A stretch of DNA of 61,692 nucleotides, filler included, from Thermodesulfobacteriota bacterium (GTDB lineage Bacteria > DASVDK01): assembly GCA_036381125.1 (NCBI GenBank). It is 4 parts of 4 records of this genome, joined end to end, with 100 filler letters (N's around TTAATTAATTAA, not from the genome) between each part and the next. Parts side by side here need not be neighbours in the genome. Positions count along the whole stretch, not along the records: positions 39,349 to 53,463 come from DASVDK010000303.1; positions 53,564 to 61,692 come from DASVDK010000304.1; 2 more parts are not named here. One strand, given 5' to 3'. The notes beneath the pieces were generated by a model, which was given only the letters and a program-made list of their open reading frames with translations, was not told where the DNA came from and ran no database searches. Shown piece by piece: positions 47,272-57,046 of the stretch (the stretch's first letter is position 1; the number at the start of each line of letters is the position of its first letter). Position numbers and translations under genes: made by a program.

Positions 47272-48825
47272 GTGCTCATCGAGACTTCCGGGCTCGGGCG
47301 ACGCTACGGCCGGGCCGTGGCGGTGGCCGGCGTGGACCTCGCGCTGCCGGCCGGCGAGGTGCTGGCGCTCCTCGGCCCCAACGGCGCCGGCAAGACGACC
47401 CTCCTCAAGCTGCTTGCCGGCCTCGTCGCGCCGACCTCGGGCAGTGGACGGGTGGCCGGCTGCGATCTCCAGGGCGACCGCGAGGGGGTCCGGGCCGCAG
47501 TCGGCGTCCTCGCCCACGGCTCCCACCTCTACGACGAGCTGACGGCGCTCGAGAACCTGCGCTTCGCGGCGGCGATGCGCGGCATCGACCGGGACCGGGC
47601 GGCGCTGCTCGCCGCGCTCGAGGGGGTCGGCCTGCGCCGGGCGGCCGATCAGCGGGTGCGGCAGTTCTCGAGCGGCATGAAGCGGCGGCTGGGGCTCGCG
47701 CGCCTGCGCATGATCGAGCCGCAGGTCCTGCTCGTGGACGAGCCGTACGCCGGGCTCGACCAGTCGGGCGCGGCGCTGTTCGAGACGGTCGTGGCCGAGG
47801 CGCTGGCGCGCGGCGCGGCGGTGGTCATGGCGACCCACCAGCTCGGCAAGGCGCACGCCCTGGCGCACCGGGTCGCCATCCTCGCGGGCAACCGGCTCGC
47901 GTACGCCGGGCGGACGGCGGAGACGGACCTCGAGGGGCTGCGGCAGATCTACGCCCGCTGCACGGAGGAGATGCCGGAGCGGGCGGCGGTGGCGGTCCCG
48001 GTCGGGGCGGTGCCCGGCGTCGAGCCGGCGCTGCCGCCTCGGCCGGAGGCCCTGCCGACCCGGGTGGACCCCGCGCCGTCGTCGGCGGCACGGCGGTCGA
48101 CGGGCGCGCCGCACGGTTCGGCGGCCGCGAAGCCGCGGCCGCGCGGCGGATCGTTCCTCGCCCGGACGCGGGCCATTCTCTGGAAGGACGTCCTCGTCGA
48201 GCGGCGGACCAAGGAGTCGACCGTCGCGATGGTCTTCTTCGCGACGCTCGTCCTCTTCATCTTCGCGTTCGCCCTGGGGGCCGACCGGACGCGGCTCAGG
48301 GACGCCTCGCCGGGGCTCCTCTGGGTGGCGTTCGTCTTCACCGGCGTGCTCGGGCTCGCCCGCGGCTTCCAGGTGGAGCGGGAAAACGACGCCCTCGACG
48401 GCCTTCTCCTCCATCCGGGCGACAAGAGCCCCATCTACCTCGCCAAGCTGGCGGGCAACCTCCTCTTCGTCGGCGCGGTGGAGCTGCTCGTGATCCCGCT
48501 CATGGCGGTCTTCTACAACCTGGACCTCTGGCCGGTCGCGCCCGGCATCCTCGGCGTGGCGCTCCTCGGCACGCTCGGCTTCGCCGCGCTGGGGACGCTC
48601 TACTCGGCCCTGACGGCCAACTTCAGGTTCCGCGAGGTGCTCCTGCCGCTCCTCCTCCTGCCCGCCACCGTCCCGGTGCTCCTCGGGGGGGTGGAGGCCA
48701 CGGGGGCGCTCATCCGGGACGGCGCCCTGGGAGACGCGAAGCGCTGGATCGGCGTCCTGGCGGCCTTCGATACGGTATACGTGACCGCCTGTTTGCTACT
48801 CTTCGAGCACGTCATCGAGGACTAG
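47272..48825 (+). CDS. ccmAB: Fused heme exporter CcmA (ATPase) - CcmB (permease)
   Basis: GPNGAGKTT, FSSGMKRR and VDEPY, then a Pro/Ala linker, then AILWKD...E.R.KE, PGLLWVAF.F and REVLLPLLLLP. Confidence 0.88.
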   Translation: MLIETSGLGRRYGRAVAVAGVDLALPAGEVLALLGPNGAGKTTLLKLLAGLVAPTSGSGRVAGCDLQGDREGVRAAVGVLAHGSHLYDELTALENLRFAAAMRGIDRDRAALLAALEGVGLRRAADQRVRQFSSGMKRRLGLARLRMIEPQVLLVDEPYAGLDQSGAALFETVVAEALARGAAVVMATHQLGKAHALAHRVAILAGNRLAYAGRTAETDLEGLRQIYARCTEEMPERAAVAVPVGAVPGVEPALPPRPEALPTRVDPAPSSAARRSTGAPHGSAAAKPRPRGGSFLARTRAILWKDVLVERRTKESTVAMVFFATLVLFIFAFALGADRTRLRDASPGLLWVAFVFTGVLGLARGFQVERENDALDGLLLHPGDKSPIYLAKLAGNLLFVGAVELLVIPLMAVFYNLDLWPVAPGILGVALLGTLGFAALGTLYSALTANFRFREVLLPLLLLPATVPVLLGGVEATGALIRDGALGDAKRWIGVLAAFDTVYVTACLLLFEHVIED

Positions 48826-48833
48826 GAGGATCC

Positions 48834-49553
48834 GTGGCCCCCCGCTCCCCGTACGCCCCGGTGCTGGGTGTCGTGGCGCTCGCGGCCTGGGCGGCCGGCA
48901 CCGTCGCCGCGCTCTGGCTCGCGCCTGCCGACTCGTTCATGGGGCAGGTGCAGCGCATCATGTACGTACACGTCCCGATGGTCTGGGCGGCGTTCCTCGC
49001 GGGCGCGCTCTGCTGCCTCGCGTCGGTGATCTACCTCTTCGTGGACCGCCAGAAGAAGTGGGACCGCATCGCCCACGCGTCGGCCGAGCTGGGCGTCATG
49101 TTCGTGGCGCTCGGCATCGCCTGCGGCGCGATCTGGGGCCGACCCACGTGGGGCGTCTGGTGGACCTGGGACGCGCGGCTCACCACCACGGCCATCCTCC
49201 TCCTCATCTACGTCGGCTATCTGATGGTCCGCTCGGTCGGGGGCGACTCGGAACGGGTCGCGCGCGCGGCGGCCGTGATCGGCATCGTCGGCTTCCTCGA
49301 CATCCCGATCATCCACATGTCCGTCTACTGGTGGCGGACGCTCCACCAGCCGCCGTCGCTCCTGCGGCCCGGCGCGCCGACCATGGCGCCCGAGATGGCC
49401 CTCACGCTCCTGGCCAACGCCCTGGCGTACACGCTCGTCCTCTTCTACCTGCTCACGTTGCGCACGCGCGAGATGGCGTACCGCAGCCGGCCGGTGGAGC
49501 CGGACGAGGCGACGACCTCGGCGTCGGTCGGCGCCGGCGTCCGGGCGTCCTGA
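48834..49553 (+). CDS. ccmC: Heme exporter protein C
   Basis: RIMYVHVP, WGRPTWGVWWTWDARLT and SVYWWRTLHQ; AGGAGG RBS. Confidence 0.94.
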   Translation: MAPRSPYAPVLGVVALAAWAAGTVAALWLAPADSFMGQVQRIMYVHVPMVWAAFLAGALCCLASVIYLFVDRQKKWDRIAHASAELGVMFVALGIACGAIWGRPTWGVWWTWDARLTTTAILLLIYVGYLMVRSVGGDSERVARAAAVIGIVGFLDIPIIHMSVYWWRTLHQPPSLLRPGAPTMAPEMALTLLANALAYTLVLFYLLTLRTREMAYRSRPVEPDEATTSASVGAGVRAS

Positions 49554-49565
49554 GGGAGGCGAGCC

Positions 49566-49730
49566 ATGTCGGACGGCAACCTCGGCTACATCGTCGCGGC
49601 GTACGGGTTGGTCTGGGTCACGCTCGGCATCTACATGGTGCGGCTCTGGCAGCGCCTGGGGGCCGCGGCGCGGGAGGACGAGCCGGCGTCGCGCGGCCGG
49701 ACGGCCCGGGAGGGCCGCCATGCGCGGTAG
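49566..49730 (+). CDS. ccmD: Heme exporter protein D (54 aa)
   Basis: GGGAGG RBS; YIVAAYGLVW...Y...L single TM helix between ccmC and ccmE. Confidence 0.8.
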   Translation: MSDGNLGYIVAAYGLVWVTLGIYMVRLWQRLGAAAREDEPASRGRTAREGRHAR

Positions 49731-50214
49731 GCGCGTCAAGCTCCTCGTCGGCGGCGTCGTCATCCTCGCGGCGCTCGGCTACCTGGTCTACGGCGGCATG
49801 CAGAGCGCGGTGGTCTACTTCGTCACCCCGACCGAGTTGCGGGCGCAGGGGGCCGACGCGGTGGGCAAGGCGCTGCGGCTCGGCGGGATGGTGGAGGCCG
49901 GCTCGCTCACCTGGGACGCCCGCACGCTCGCGCTGAGCTTCCGGCTGACCGACGGGACGACGACGGTGCCGGTCGTCCACACCGGCACGCCGCCCGATCT
50001 CTTCGCGGAGGGGCAGGGGGCGGTGGTCGAGGGGAGGGTGACCGAGGACGGCACCTTCCAGGCGCAGACCATCATGGCGAAGCACTCCGAGGAGTACATG
50101 CCTCCTCGGTCGGGCGAGATGCCGGCGTTCCAGAAGGGACGGTACCGGCCGGAGCCCGGTACGGCGCAGGCGGCCCCGCCGGCGCCGTCCGACGCATCCG
50201 GGGTGGCCTACTAG
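49720..50214 (+). CDS. ccmE: Cytochrome c maturation heme chaperone
   Basis: VYFVTP.E, RLGGMV, PDLF.EGQG.V.EG and AKHSEEYMP (HxxxY). Confidence 0.94.
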   Translation: MRGRRVKLLVGGVVILAALGYLVYGGMQSAVVYFVTPTELRAQGADAVGKALRLGGMVEAGSLTWDARTLALSFRLTDGTTTVPVVHTGTPPDLFAEGQGAVVEGRVTEDGTFQAQTIMAKHSEEYMPPRSGEMPAFQKGRYRPEPGTAQAAPPAPSDASGVAY

Positions 50215-50215
50215 G

Positions 50216-52240
50216 ATGATCTCGACCCTTGGGACCGTCACGCTCACGACGGCGCTCGTCATCGCGCTCTACGCCGCCGCGGCCTCGGTCCTCGGGGCGC
50301 GCACCGGCCGGCCGGCGCTCGTCGCGAGCGCCGAGAACGGCGTCCTCACGGTCTTCGCCCTCGTGGCGCTGGCCGTGGCGCTCATGGAGTGGGCGCTCGT
50401 CGGCGGCGACTACTCCATCGCGTTCGTCGCCAACAACTCGAGCCGGGCGACGCCGCTGATCTACAAGATCACGGGCCTCTGGGGGGCGCTCGAGGGCTCG
50501 ATCCTCCTCTGGCTCTTCATGCTGGGCCTCTTCTCGGTAGGGGTCGTGCTGACCTACCGCCGCGACCCGCGGCCCACGACGCGCGCGCTCCTGCCGTACG
50601 CGACCGCCGTCCTCATGGCGGTCGTGAGCTTCTTCCTCCTGGTCACCGTCGTGCCGGCGAACCCGTTCGCGCCGGTGCCGGGCGGCGTCGTGCCGCCCGA
50701 CGGCCGCGGCCTCAACCCGCTCCTCCAGAACCCGGGCATGGCGGGGCACCCGCCCATGCTCTACCTCGGCTTCACCGGCTTCACCGTCCCCTTCGCCTTC
50801 GCGATGGCGGCCCTCGTCACCGGCCGTCTCGATCGCGACTGGATCGTCGCCACGCGGAAGTGGACCGTGGCTGCCTGGTGGTGCCTCTCGGCCGGCATCC
50901 TGCTCGGCGGCTGGTGGGCCTACCACGTGCTCGGGTGGGGCGGAATCTGGGCCTGGGATCCGGTGGAGAACGCGTCCTTCCTGCCCTGGCTCACCGGCAC
51001 CGCCTTCCTCCACTCGGTGATGATCCAGGAGCGGCGGGGCATGCTCAAGGTCTGGAACATCGTCCTGATCATCCTGACCTTCACCCTCACGCTCTTCGGG
51101 ACCTTCCTGACCCGCAGCGGCATCCTCGCCTCGGTGCACGCGTTCACGACGTCGGACATCGGGTACTACTTCCTCGCCGCCGTGGCGGTGACGCTCGTCG
51201 GCGCGCTCTGGCTGCTCGCCGCGCGGGGCGAGCGGCTCCGGAGCGAGGCCACGCTCGACTCGATGGTGTCGCGCGAGAGCGTGTTCCTCATGAACAACGT
51301 GTTCCTGGTCGGCTCCTGCTTCAGCGTGTTCCTCGGGACGGTCTTTCCGCTGATCGCCGAGGCGCTGCGCGGGGTGAAGATCAGCGTCGGCGCCCCCTTC
51401 TTCAACAGCGTGAACGTCCCCATCGGCGTCGGCCTCGTCGTGCTCATGGGCGTCGGGCCGCTGATCGCCTGGCGCCGCGCCTCCCTGGAGCAACTCAGGC
51501 GGCACTTCCTCTGGCCGGCCGTGACCGGCGTCGTGACGGCGGCCGTCCTCTTCGCGCTCGGGGTGCGCGGCGGGTGGGCGCTCGCCTCCTTCGCCTCGGC
51601 GGTCTTCGTGGCCGTCGTCGTGGGGGCCGAGTTCGTGCGGGTCGCCCGTGCCCGCGCCGTCTCGGCGGGCGAGCCGTTCGTGAAGGCCCTGGCCGAGGTC
51701 GCGCGGCGCAACCGCCGCCGGTACGGCGGCCTCGTCGTCCACCTCGGCATCGTCTGCATCGTGATCGGCATCACCGCCTCGTTCGGCTTCCAGAAGTCGC
51801 GGGAGGTCGCGCTGGCGCGGGGCGAGGCCGTGGACTTCGAGGGCTACCGGATCGAGTACACCGGCCTGGTGCACGAGCAGGAGCCCCATCGGCTGGTGAT
51901 CGGGGCCCGCCTCGACGTGTCGCGCGACGGCCGGTCGCTCGGGACGTACGTGCCGGCCAAGAACTTCTACGAGGGCCGCCAGGAGCCGACCACCACCGTG
52001 GCGGTCCGCGAGCGGCCGAGCCACGACCTCTACCTCATCCTGGGGGACGTGGCGCCCGACGGCTCGCACGTGACCGTACGCGTGCTGCTGAACCCGCTCG
52101 TCATGTGGATCTGGTTCGGCGGGGTGATCCTCACGCTGGGGACCGTCCTCGCGGTGCTGCCCGACCGCAAGCCGGCCCACGCCGTGGCGCCCGCGGCGCT
52201 CGGCCGGCTCGGCGCGGTGGCCAGGGGGCGGCCCGAGTGA
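50216..52240 (+). CDS. ccmF: Cytochrome c heme lyase
   Basis: EGSILLW, GLNPLLQ, HPPMLYLG, LGWGGIWAWDPVENAS and SVHAF. Confidence 0.95.
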   Translation: MISTLGTVTLTTALVIALYAAAASVLGARTGRPALVASAENGVLTVFALVALAVALMEWALVGGDYSIAFVANNSSRATPLIYKITGLWGALEGSILLWLFMLGLFSVGVVLTYRRDPRPTTRALLPYATAVLMAVVSFFLLVTVVPANPFAPVPGGVVPPDGRGLNPLLQNPGMAGHPPMLYLGFTGFTVPFAFAMAALVTGRLDRDWIVATRKWTVAAWWCLSAGILLGGWWAYHVLGWGGIWAWDPVENASFLPWLTGTAFLHSVMIQERRGMLKVWNIVLIILTFTLTLFGTFLTRSGILASVHAFTTSDIGYYFLAAVAVTLVGALWLLAARGERLRSEATLDSMVSRESVFLMNNVFLVGSCFSVFLGTVFPLIAEALRGVKISVGAPFFNSVNVPIGVGLVVLMGVGPLIAWRRASLEQLRRHFLWPAVTGVVTAAVLFALGVRGGWALASFASAVFVAVVVGAEFVRVARARAVSAGEPFVKALAEVARRNRRRYGGLVVHLGIVCIVIGITASFGFQKSREVALARGEAVDFEGYRIEYTGLVHEQEPHRLVIGARLDVSRDGRSLGTYVPAKNFYEGRQEPTTTVAVRERPSHDLYLILGDVAPDGSHVTVRVLLNPLVMWIWFGGVILTLGTVLAVLPDRKPAHAVAPAALGRLGAVARGRPE

Positions 52241-52776
52241 GCGCGCTCTCGTTCCGCCGGCTGCGCTGGCTGATCCCGCTCTCGGCGCTGCCGGTCATCG
52301 CGCTCCTGGCGTACGGGTTCCGCGTCGACCCGCGGGCCATCCCGTCGCCGCTGGTCGACCGCCCGGCGCCCGGCTTCACGCTGCCGCGCCTCGACACGGG
52401 CGAGCCGCTCTCGCTGGCCGATCTGGACGGCCGGGTCGTCGTCGTGAACTTCTGGGCGTCCTGGTGCTATCCGGCCTGCTACGAGGAGGCGCCGGTGCTC
52501 GAGGACGGCTGGCGCCGGTGGAAGGAGCGGGGCGTCGCCTTCGTCGGCATCAACATGCAGGACACCGACGAGCGGGCGCGCGAGTTCATGCACCGCTTCA
52601 GCTTCACCTTCCCGAACCTCGCCGACCGCGACGGCCGGACGGTCATCGACTACGGCGTCTACGGCGTGCCCGAGACGTTCTTCATCGACCGCGAGGGACG
52701 GGTCGCCAGGAAGATCGTCGGCGGCGTGACCGCCGAGGCGCTCGAGGAGACGCTCCGTGCGCTCACTCGCGGCTAG
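52237..52776 (+). CDS. ccmG: CcmG/TlpA thiol:disulfide oxidoreductase
   Basis: IPSPL, NFWASWCYPAC and YGVYGVPETFFID. Confidence 0.88.
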   Translation: MSALSFRRLRWLIPLSALPVIALLAYGFRVDPRAIPSPLVDRPAPGFTLPRLDTGEPLSLADLDGRVVVVNFWASWCYPACYEEAPVLEDGWRRWKERGVAFVGINMQDTDERAREFMHRFSFTFPNLADRDGRTVIDYGVYGVPETFFIDREGRVARKIVGGVTAEALEETLRALTRG

Positions 52777-53341
52777 CCTCCTTGCGGTGATGGTCCTCGC
52801 GGCGCCGGCGCCGGCCCTGGCGTTCGCGGCCGAGCCCGCGCCGGCCCGGCCGGGGAGCGCGGCCTCGCCCGCCCCGACCGAGGCGGAGGCGCGGCGCGTC
52901 CGGGAAATCTCGGCGCAACTCCGCTGCGTGGTCTGCCAGGCGCTGTCGGTGGCCGATTCGCCCTCCACCACGGCGCAGCAGATGCGCGCCCTGGTCCTCG
53001 AGCAGGTGCGCGCCGGCAAGAGCGACGAGGAGATCCTGGCCTACTTCGTGAGCCGGTACGGGGACTGGGTCCTCCTCGCGCCGCCGCCGCGCGGCTTCAA
53101 CCTGCTCGCCTGGGGGCTGCCGTTCGTCGGGATCGGGATCGGCGTCGTCGCCGTCGTCCTGGCCGCCCGTCGATGGGTGCGCAACGGGAGGGCGGCGCGG
53201 GCATCCTCGGCCGCGTCGGGTGCCCCTTCGGCCGAGGCGGACGGCACGGCGCCGTTGCCGGCACGCGAGGAGCCGGGCGCACGGCCTCGTTCGGCCGCTC
53301 GCGACCGACTCGCCGAGGAACTGGCGCGCCTCAGACCGTGA
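52757..53341 (+). CDS. ccmH: Cytochrome c biogenesis protein CcmH
   Basis: LRCVVCQ.LSVADS, YFVSRYG and W.LP. Confidence 0.9.
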   Translation: MRSLAASLLAVMVLAAPAPALAFAAEPAPARPGSAASPAPTEAEARRVREISAQLRCVVCQALSVADSPSTTAQQMRALVLEQVRAGKSDEEILAYFVSRYGDWVLLAPPPRGFNLLAWGLPFVGIGIGVVAVVLAARRWVRNGRAARASSAASGAPSAEADGTAPLPAREEPGARPRSAARDRLAEELARLRP

Positions 53342-53348
53342 ACCGGCC

Positions 53349-53463
53349 ATGACCCTGCTCCTTGCCGCGCTCGTCGTCGCGGCGGCCCTCGCGGCCGTCC
53401 TCGTCCCCCTCGTCCGGACCCGGCCGGCGCCGGCGACGCCGGCGGCCGCCGAGCCGCGCGAGG
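53349..53463 (+). CDS. N-terminus of a membrane-anchored protein (CcmI/CycH-like), truncated
   Basis: MTLLLAALVVAAALAAVLVPL; position after ccmH. Confidence 0.5.
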
Positions 53464-53563
53464 NNNNNNNNNNNNNNNNNNNNNNNNNNNNNNNNNNNNN
53501 NNNNNNNTTAATTAATTAANNNNNNNNNNNNNNNNNNNNNNNNNNNNNNNNNNNNNNNNNNNN
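53464..53563. other. Artificial contig linker
   Basis: N-run + TTAATTAATTAA + N-run. Confidence 0.97.
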
Positions 53564-54252
53564 CCGGAGGCCGCGCCGAGGAAGAGCCCGAGGGCGTTCT
53601 GCGCCTCGGGGGCCATCTTCGTGAACTCCACCCCCATCCCGACCGGGAGGTCGCGCTTGATCTTCGCGTCCGGGCGGTTCAGCCACGCCACCTTCCCGCG
53701 CACGAGCATCGGCACGGGCGGACTGCCGGGCAGCGCGAACTCGAGGAGCATCTCGGTGCCCGGTTGGAAGAGGCGCGGCATCTCGATGAAGATGCCGCCG
53801 AGCGACACGTTCACCGACGTGGCGGCCCAGCGGGTGCCGCCGCTCTCGAGGCTCACCGGGACCCGCACGTCGACCCGCACGTTCCTGATGCCGCCGTGCA
53901 GGTGCCGCGACACCGCGAGGAGCAGCTCGGTCTGGCGGATCGGCTTCACCAGGAACTCGTCGCACCCGGCCTCGACGCAGCGCTCGGCCTCGTCCTTGCG
54001 CCCCCCGGCGCTCATCATGATGACGGGCAGCGTCCCGGTCTCCGGGTCGGCCTTCAGGGCGCGGCAGGCCTCGTCCCCGTCCCCCTCGGCCATGTACAGG
54101 TCCATGATGACGAGCGCGGGGCGGGTGCGCCGCACGGCATCCAGCGCGGCCGCTCCCGATGCGGCGAGGCGCACGTCGTAGCCGCTCCTGGCGAGCATCG
54201 CCCGCAGGATCTCGGCATAGGCCTGGTTGTCGTCGACGACGAGGATCTGCAT
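53564..54252 (-). CDS. Response regulator receiver + PilZ-like domain protein (3'-truncated)
   Basis: ILVVDD, MD, MMSA and VKP; then NVSLGGIFI, GKVAW and GMGVEF. Confidence 0.88.
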
Positions 54253-54260
54253 GGGCCGGC

Positions 54261-54289
54261 CTTGTATGCCGGCAGGCCATGCCTGTCAA
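54261..54289 (-). promoter_or_regulatory. Sigma70-type promoter TTGACA-N17-TACAAG
   Basis: Perfect -35; ATG 8 nt after the -10; no SD sequence. Confidence 0.62.
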
Positions 54290-54339
54290 GGCCCTTCGGG
54301 TCCCCCGGACCACGATGGGGTCCGTGGGCCCGACCCGCC

Positions 54340-55098
54340 TCAGGGACGCCGCGCGCGAAGGACGGCCCGCCCTCCCGCCCCGTCCGCCTCGAGCACCGGC
54401 ACGACCGCGTGCCGGTTCAGGACGGCGGCAACGGGCAGGTCGTCGCCGAGGCCGAGGTCCACCAGGCGACGGCCGTGCGTGCTCGCCGCGAAGAGGCGGA
54501 CCAGGCTCTCGCGATGGGCCCGGAAGAGGGTCTCGGCCGCCGACGCGGCGTCGCTGCGGTCGGCCGCCGGGCCGAGGCGATAGGCGAGGCCGCCCACCAG
54601 ACCGCCGGCGCAGACCGCGTCCTCCAGCGAGAAGCGCCCCTCCGACCCGGCGCAGAGGACCGTCACGTCCCGCCCCGCCCGGGCGGCCGCGTCGACGACC
54701 GCCTTGAGGTTCGTGAAGGCGCCCACGAGGACCTCGGCGGCGCCGCACGCCGCCGCCGCCACGATGGCGCGCGTGCCGTTGGTCGTGCAGAGAACGACCC
54801 GTCGCCCGCGGACCGTTTCGGGCGTGTACTCCCGCGGCGAGTTGCCGAGGTCGAAGCCCTCGCATCGCAGCCCCCCGCGCTCGCCGCCCACGATCGCCAG
54901 GTCCCCGGTCGCTCCGCCGCTCCCGGCGAGGCCCAGCGCCTCCGCGACGTCGGCGACCGGCAGCACCTCGCGGGCGCCGGCCCCGAGCGCCTCGACGATG
55001 GTCGTGGAGGCCCGCAGCACGTCGACCACGATGGCCGTGCGGCCGGCCAGCGCCGGCTCCGCGAACTCGGCCGGGGTGAAGAGCACGTCGATCCGCAT
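54340..55098 (-). CDS. comB: 2-phosphosulfolactate phosphatase family protein
   Basis: VDVLRASTTI, GGERGG, FDLGNSP.E, TTNGT and FSLED. Confidence 0.92.
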   Translation of the reverse strand: MRIDVLFTPAEFAEPALAGRTAIVVDVLRASTTIVEALGAGAREVLPVADVAEALGLAGSGGATGDLAIVGGERGGLRCEGFDLGNSPREYTPETVRGRRVVLCTTNGTRAIVAAAACGAAEVLVGAFTNLKAVVDAAARAGRDVTVLCAGSEGRFSLEDAVCAGGLVGGLAYRLGPAADRSDAASAAETLFRAHRESLVRLFAASTHGRRLVDLGLGDDLPVAAVLNRHAVVPVLEADGAGGRAVLRARRP

Positions 55099-55121
55099 GG
55101 GCGTCGCTCCTTCGGGCGCCG

Positions 55122-55910
55122 CTACGGCCGGCGGTAGCCCTTCACCACCCGAGCCAGCCGGTCCGGGTGGTTGGTGATGACCCCGTCGGCCCCGTGGCCG
55201 ACGACGCGGCGCAGGTCGGCCTCCCGGTTCACGGTCCAGGGGAAGACCCGGAGCCCGGCCTCGCGCGCCGCGTGGACGGCGCGCTCGCCGCAGAAGCGCC
55301 AGTAGGGATGGAGCGAGTAGGCGCCGACGGCGGCCGCGACGTCGAGCAGCGGCGCGAGCCGATCGACCCGAAAGCCGGTCGGCCCCTCGATGCGCGCCTC
55401 GGTCAGGAGCCCCAGCGGCAGGTCGGGCGCCGCCGCGCGCAACGTTCGCAGGACCGCGGGGTCGAACGAGGAGACCAGCACCTCGCGCCGGGTGCCGGTG
55501 GCGTCGAGCGCCGCGAGCAGCGGCGCCACGACCGACGCCTCGATGCGCCCCGGCCCCGTGCCGTCGCGCGGCGCCTTGATCTCCACGTTCACCTGGACGC
55601 GGCCCCGGGTGAGCGCGAGCACCTCCTCGAGCGCCGGGACCCGCTCGCCGGCGAACCCGGGTCCCCACCAGGCGCCCGCGTCGAAGCTCTTGATCTCGGC
55701 GAGCGTCATCTCTCGCACGAACCCCCGGCCGTCGCAGGTGCGGTCGATCGACTCGTCGTGGATCACCGCCAGGCGGCCGTCGGCCGTGGGGTGGACGTCG
55801 AGCTCGATCATGTCGGCGCCGAGGGCGATGGCGGCCCGGAACGCGGCGAGCGTGTTCTCGGGTGCGTACCCGGAGGCGCCGCGGTGGGCGATGACGAGGG
55901 GACGCGTCAT
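55122..55910 (-). CDS. Glycerophosphodiester phosphodiesterase
   Basis: IAHRGAS..APENT, ELDVH.T.DG, HD, VEIK, WTVN and DGVITN.P. Confidence 0.93.
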   Translation of the reverse strand: MTRPLVIAHRGASGYAPENTLAAFRAAIALGADMIELDVHPTADGRLAVIHDESIDRTCDGRGFVREMTLAEIKSFDAGAWWGPGFAGERVPALEEVLALTRGRVQVNVEIKAPRDGTGPGRIEASVVAPLLAALDATGTRREVLVSSFDPAVLRTLRAAAPDLPLGLLTEARIEGPTGFRVDRLAPLLDVAAAVGAYSLHPYWRFCGERAVHAAREAGLRVFPWTVNREADLRRVVGHGADGVITNHPDRLARVVKGYRRP

Positions 55911-55935
55911 CCCCGGCGAGGTCCGGCCCGGTGCA

Positions 55936-56892
55936 TCAGCGTCGTTCGACCTTGCCGAAGAGCGCCTCGACGAACTCCTGGGCGCGGAAGTCGCGCAGGT
56001 CGTCGACCTTCTCGCCGACGCCGATGTAGCGGATGGGGAGCTTGAGCTCGTTCGCGACGGCGATCACCACGCCGCCGCGGGCGGTCCCGTCCACCTTGGT
56101 CAGGACGAGCCCGCTCGCCCCGGCCTCACCCATGAAGAGGCGCGCCTGCTCGAGCGCGTTCTGCCCGTTGGTGGCGTCGAGGACGAGGAGCGTCTCGTGG
56201 GGGGCCCCCGGCAGCTCGCGCCCGAGGACCCGGCGCACCTTCTTCAGCTCCTCCATGAGGTTGACCTTGGTGTGGAGGCGGCCGGCCGTGTCGACGAGCA
56301 GGACGTCCACGCCGCGCGCCCGCGCGGCGCGCACGGCGTCGAAGGCGACGGCCGAGCTGTCGGTGCCCATCGCCTGCTTGACCACCTCGACGCCCGCGCG
56401 CCGGCCCCAGACCTCGAGCTGCTCCACCGCGGCCGCCCGGAAGGTGTCGCCGGCCGCGACCAGGACGCTGCGCCCCTCGCTCCGGTAGCGGGCCGCGAGC
56501 TTGCCGATGGTCGTGGTCTTGCCGACCCCGTTCACCCCGATCACCATGATCACGAACGGCCGCGCACGGCTCACGTCGAGCGGGCGCTCGGCCGTGGCGA
56601 GCATCTCGGCGACGCGCCGCTCGAGCGCCGCCCGGACGGCGAGCCCGTCGGCCAGCGCGTCGCGCGACAGCTCCTGCTGCAGGTGCTCGATGATGGCCAT
56701 GGTCGTCGGGACGCCGAGGTCGGCCTCGACGAGGACCTCCTCGAGGTCGTCGAAGAAGATGGGATCGAGCGTCTTCTTGCCGAGGACGAGGGCGTCGACC
56801 TTCTCGACGAACGCCTCGCGCGTTCGCGTGAGCCCCTCCCGCAGGCGGGAGAACCAGCCCCCTCTCGGCTTCTCGGCTGCCGGATCGGCCAT
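55936..56892 (-). CDS. ftsY: Signal recognition particle receptor
   Basis: GVNGVGKTTTIGK, DTFRAAA, DTAGR, TKVDGTARGG and GVGE. Confidence 0.96.
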   Translation of the reverse strand: MADPAAEKPRGGWFSRLREGLTRTREAFVEKVDALVLGKKTLDPIFFDDLEEVLVEADLGVPTTMAIIEHLQQELSRDALADGLAVRAALERRVAEMLATAERPLDVSRARPFVIMVIGVNGVGKTTTIGKLAARYRSEGRSVLVAAGDTFRAAAVEQLEVWGRRAGVEVVKQAMGTDSSAVAFDAVRAARARGVDVLLVDTAGRLHTKVNLMEELKKVRRVLGRELPGAPHETLLVLDATNGQNALEQARLFMGEAGASGLVLTKVDGTARGGVVIAVANELKLPIRYIGVGEKVDDLRDFRAQEFVEALFGKVERR

Positions 56893-56898
56893 GTACGA

Positions 56899-56907
56899 AT
56901 TGTATCA
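56899..56907 (-). promoter_or_regulatory. Extended -10 (TGnTACAAT) 6 nt before the ftsY ATG
   Basis: TGATACAATtcgtacATG; no SD sequence. Confidence 0.65.
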
Positions 56908-57046
56908 GGCCATCTCGGATGCGAGCGTCACCGGTCGGAGCCGCGCCCACAGGGGCCGTCCCCACGCCACCCCCGCTCGGGGACGGCCCTCCGCCTTCGA
57001 GCGGCCTCGCCCGGACACGGCGCGCCGGCATGAGGGAATCGACGTG

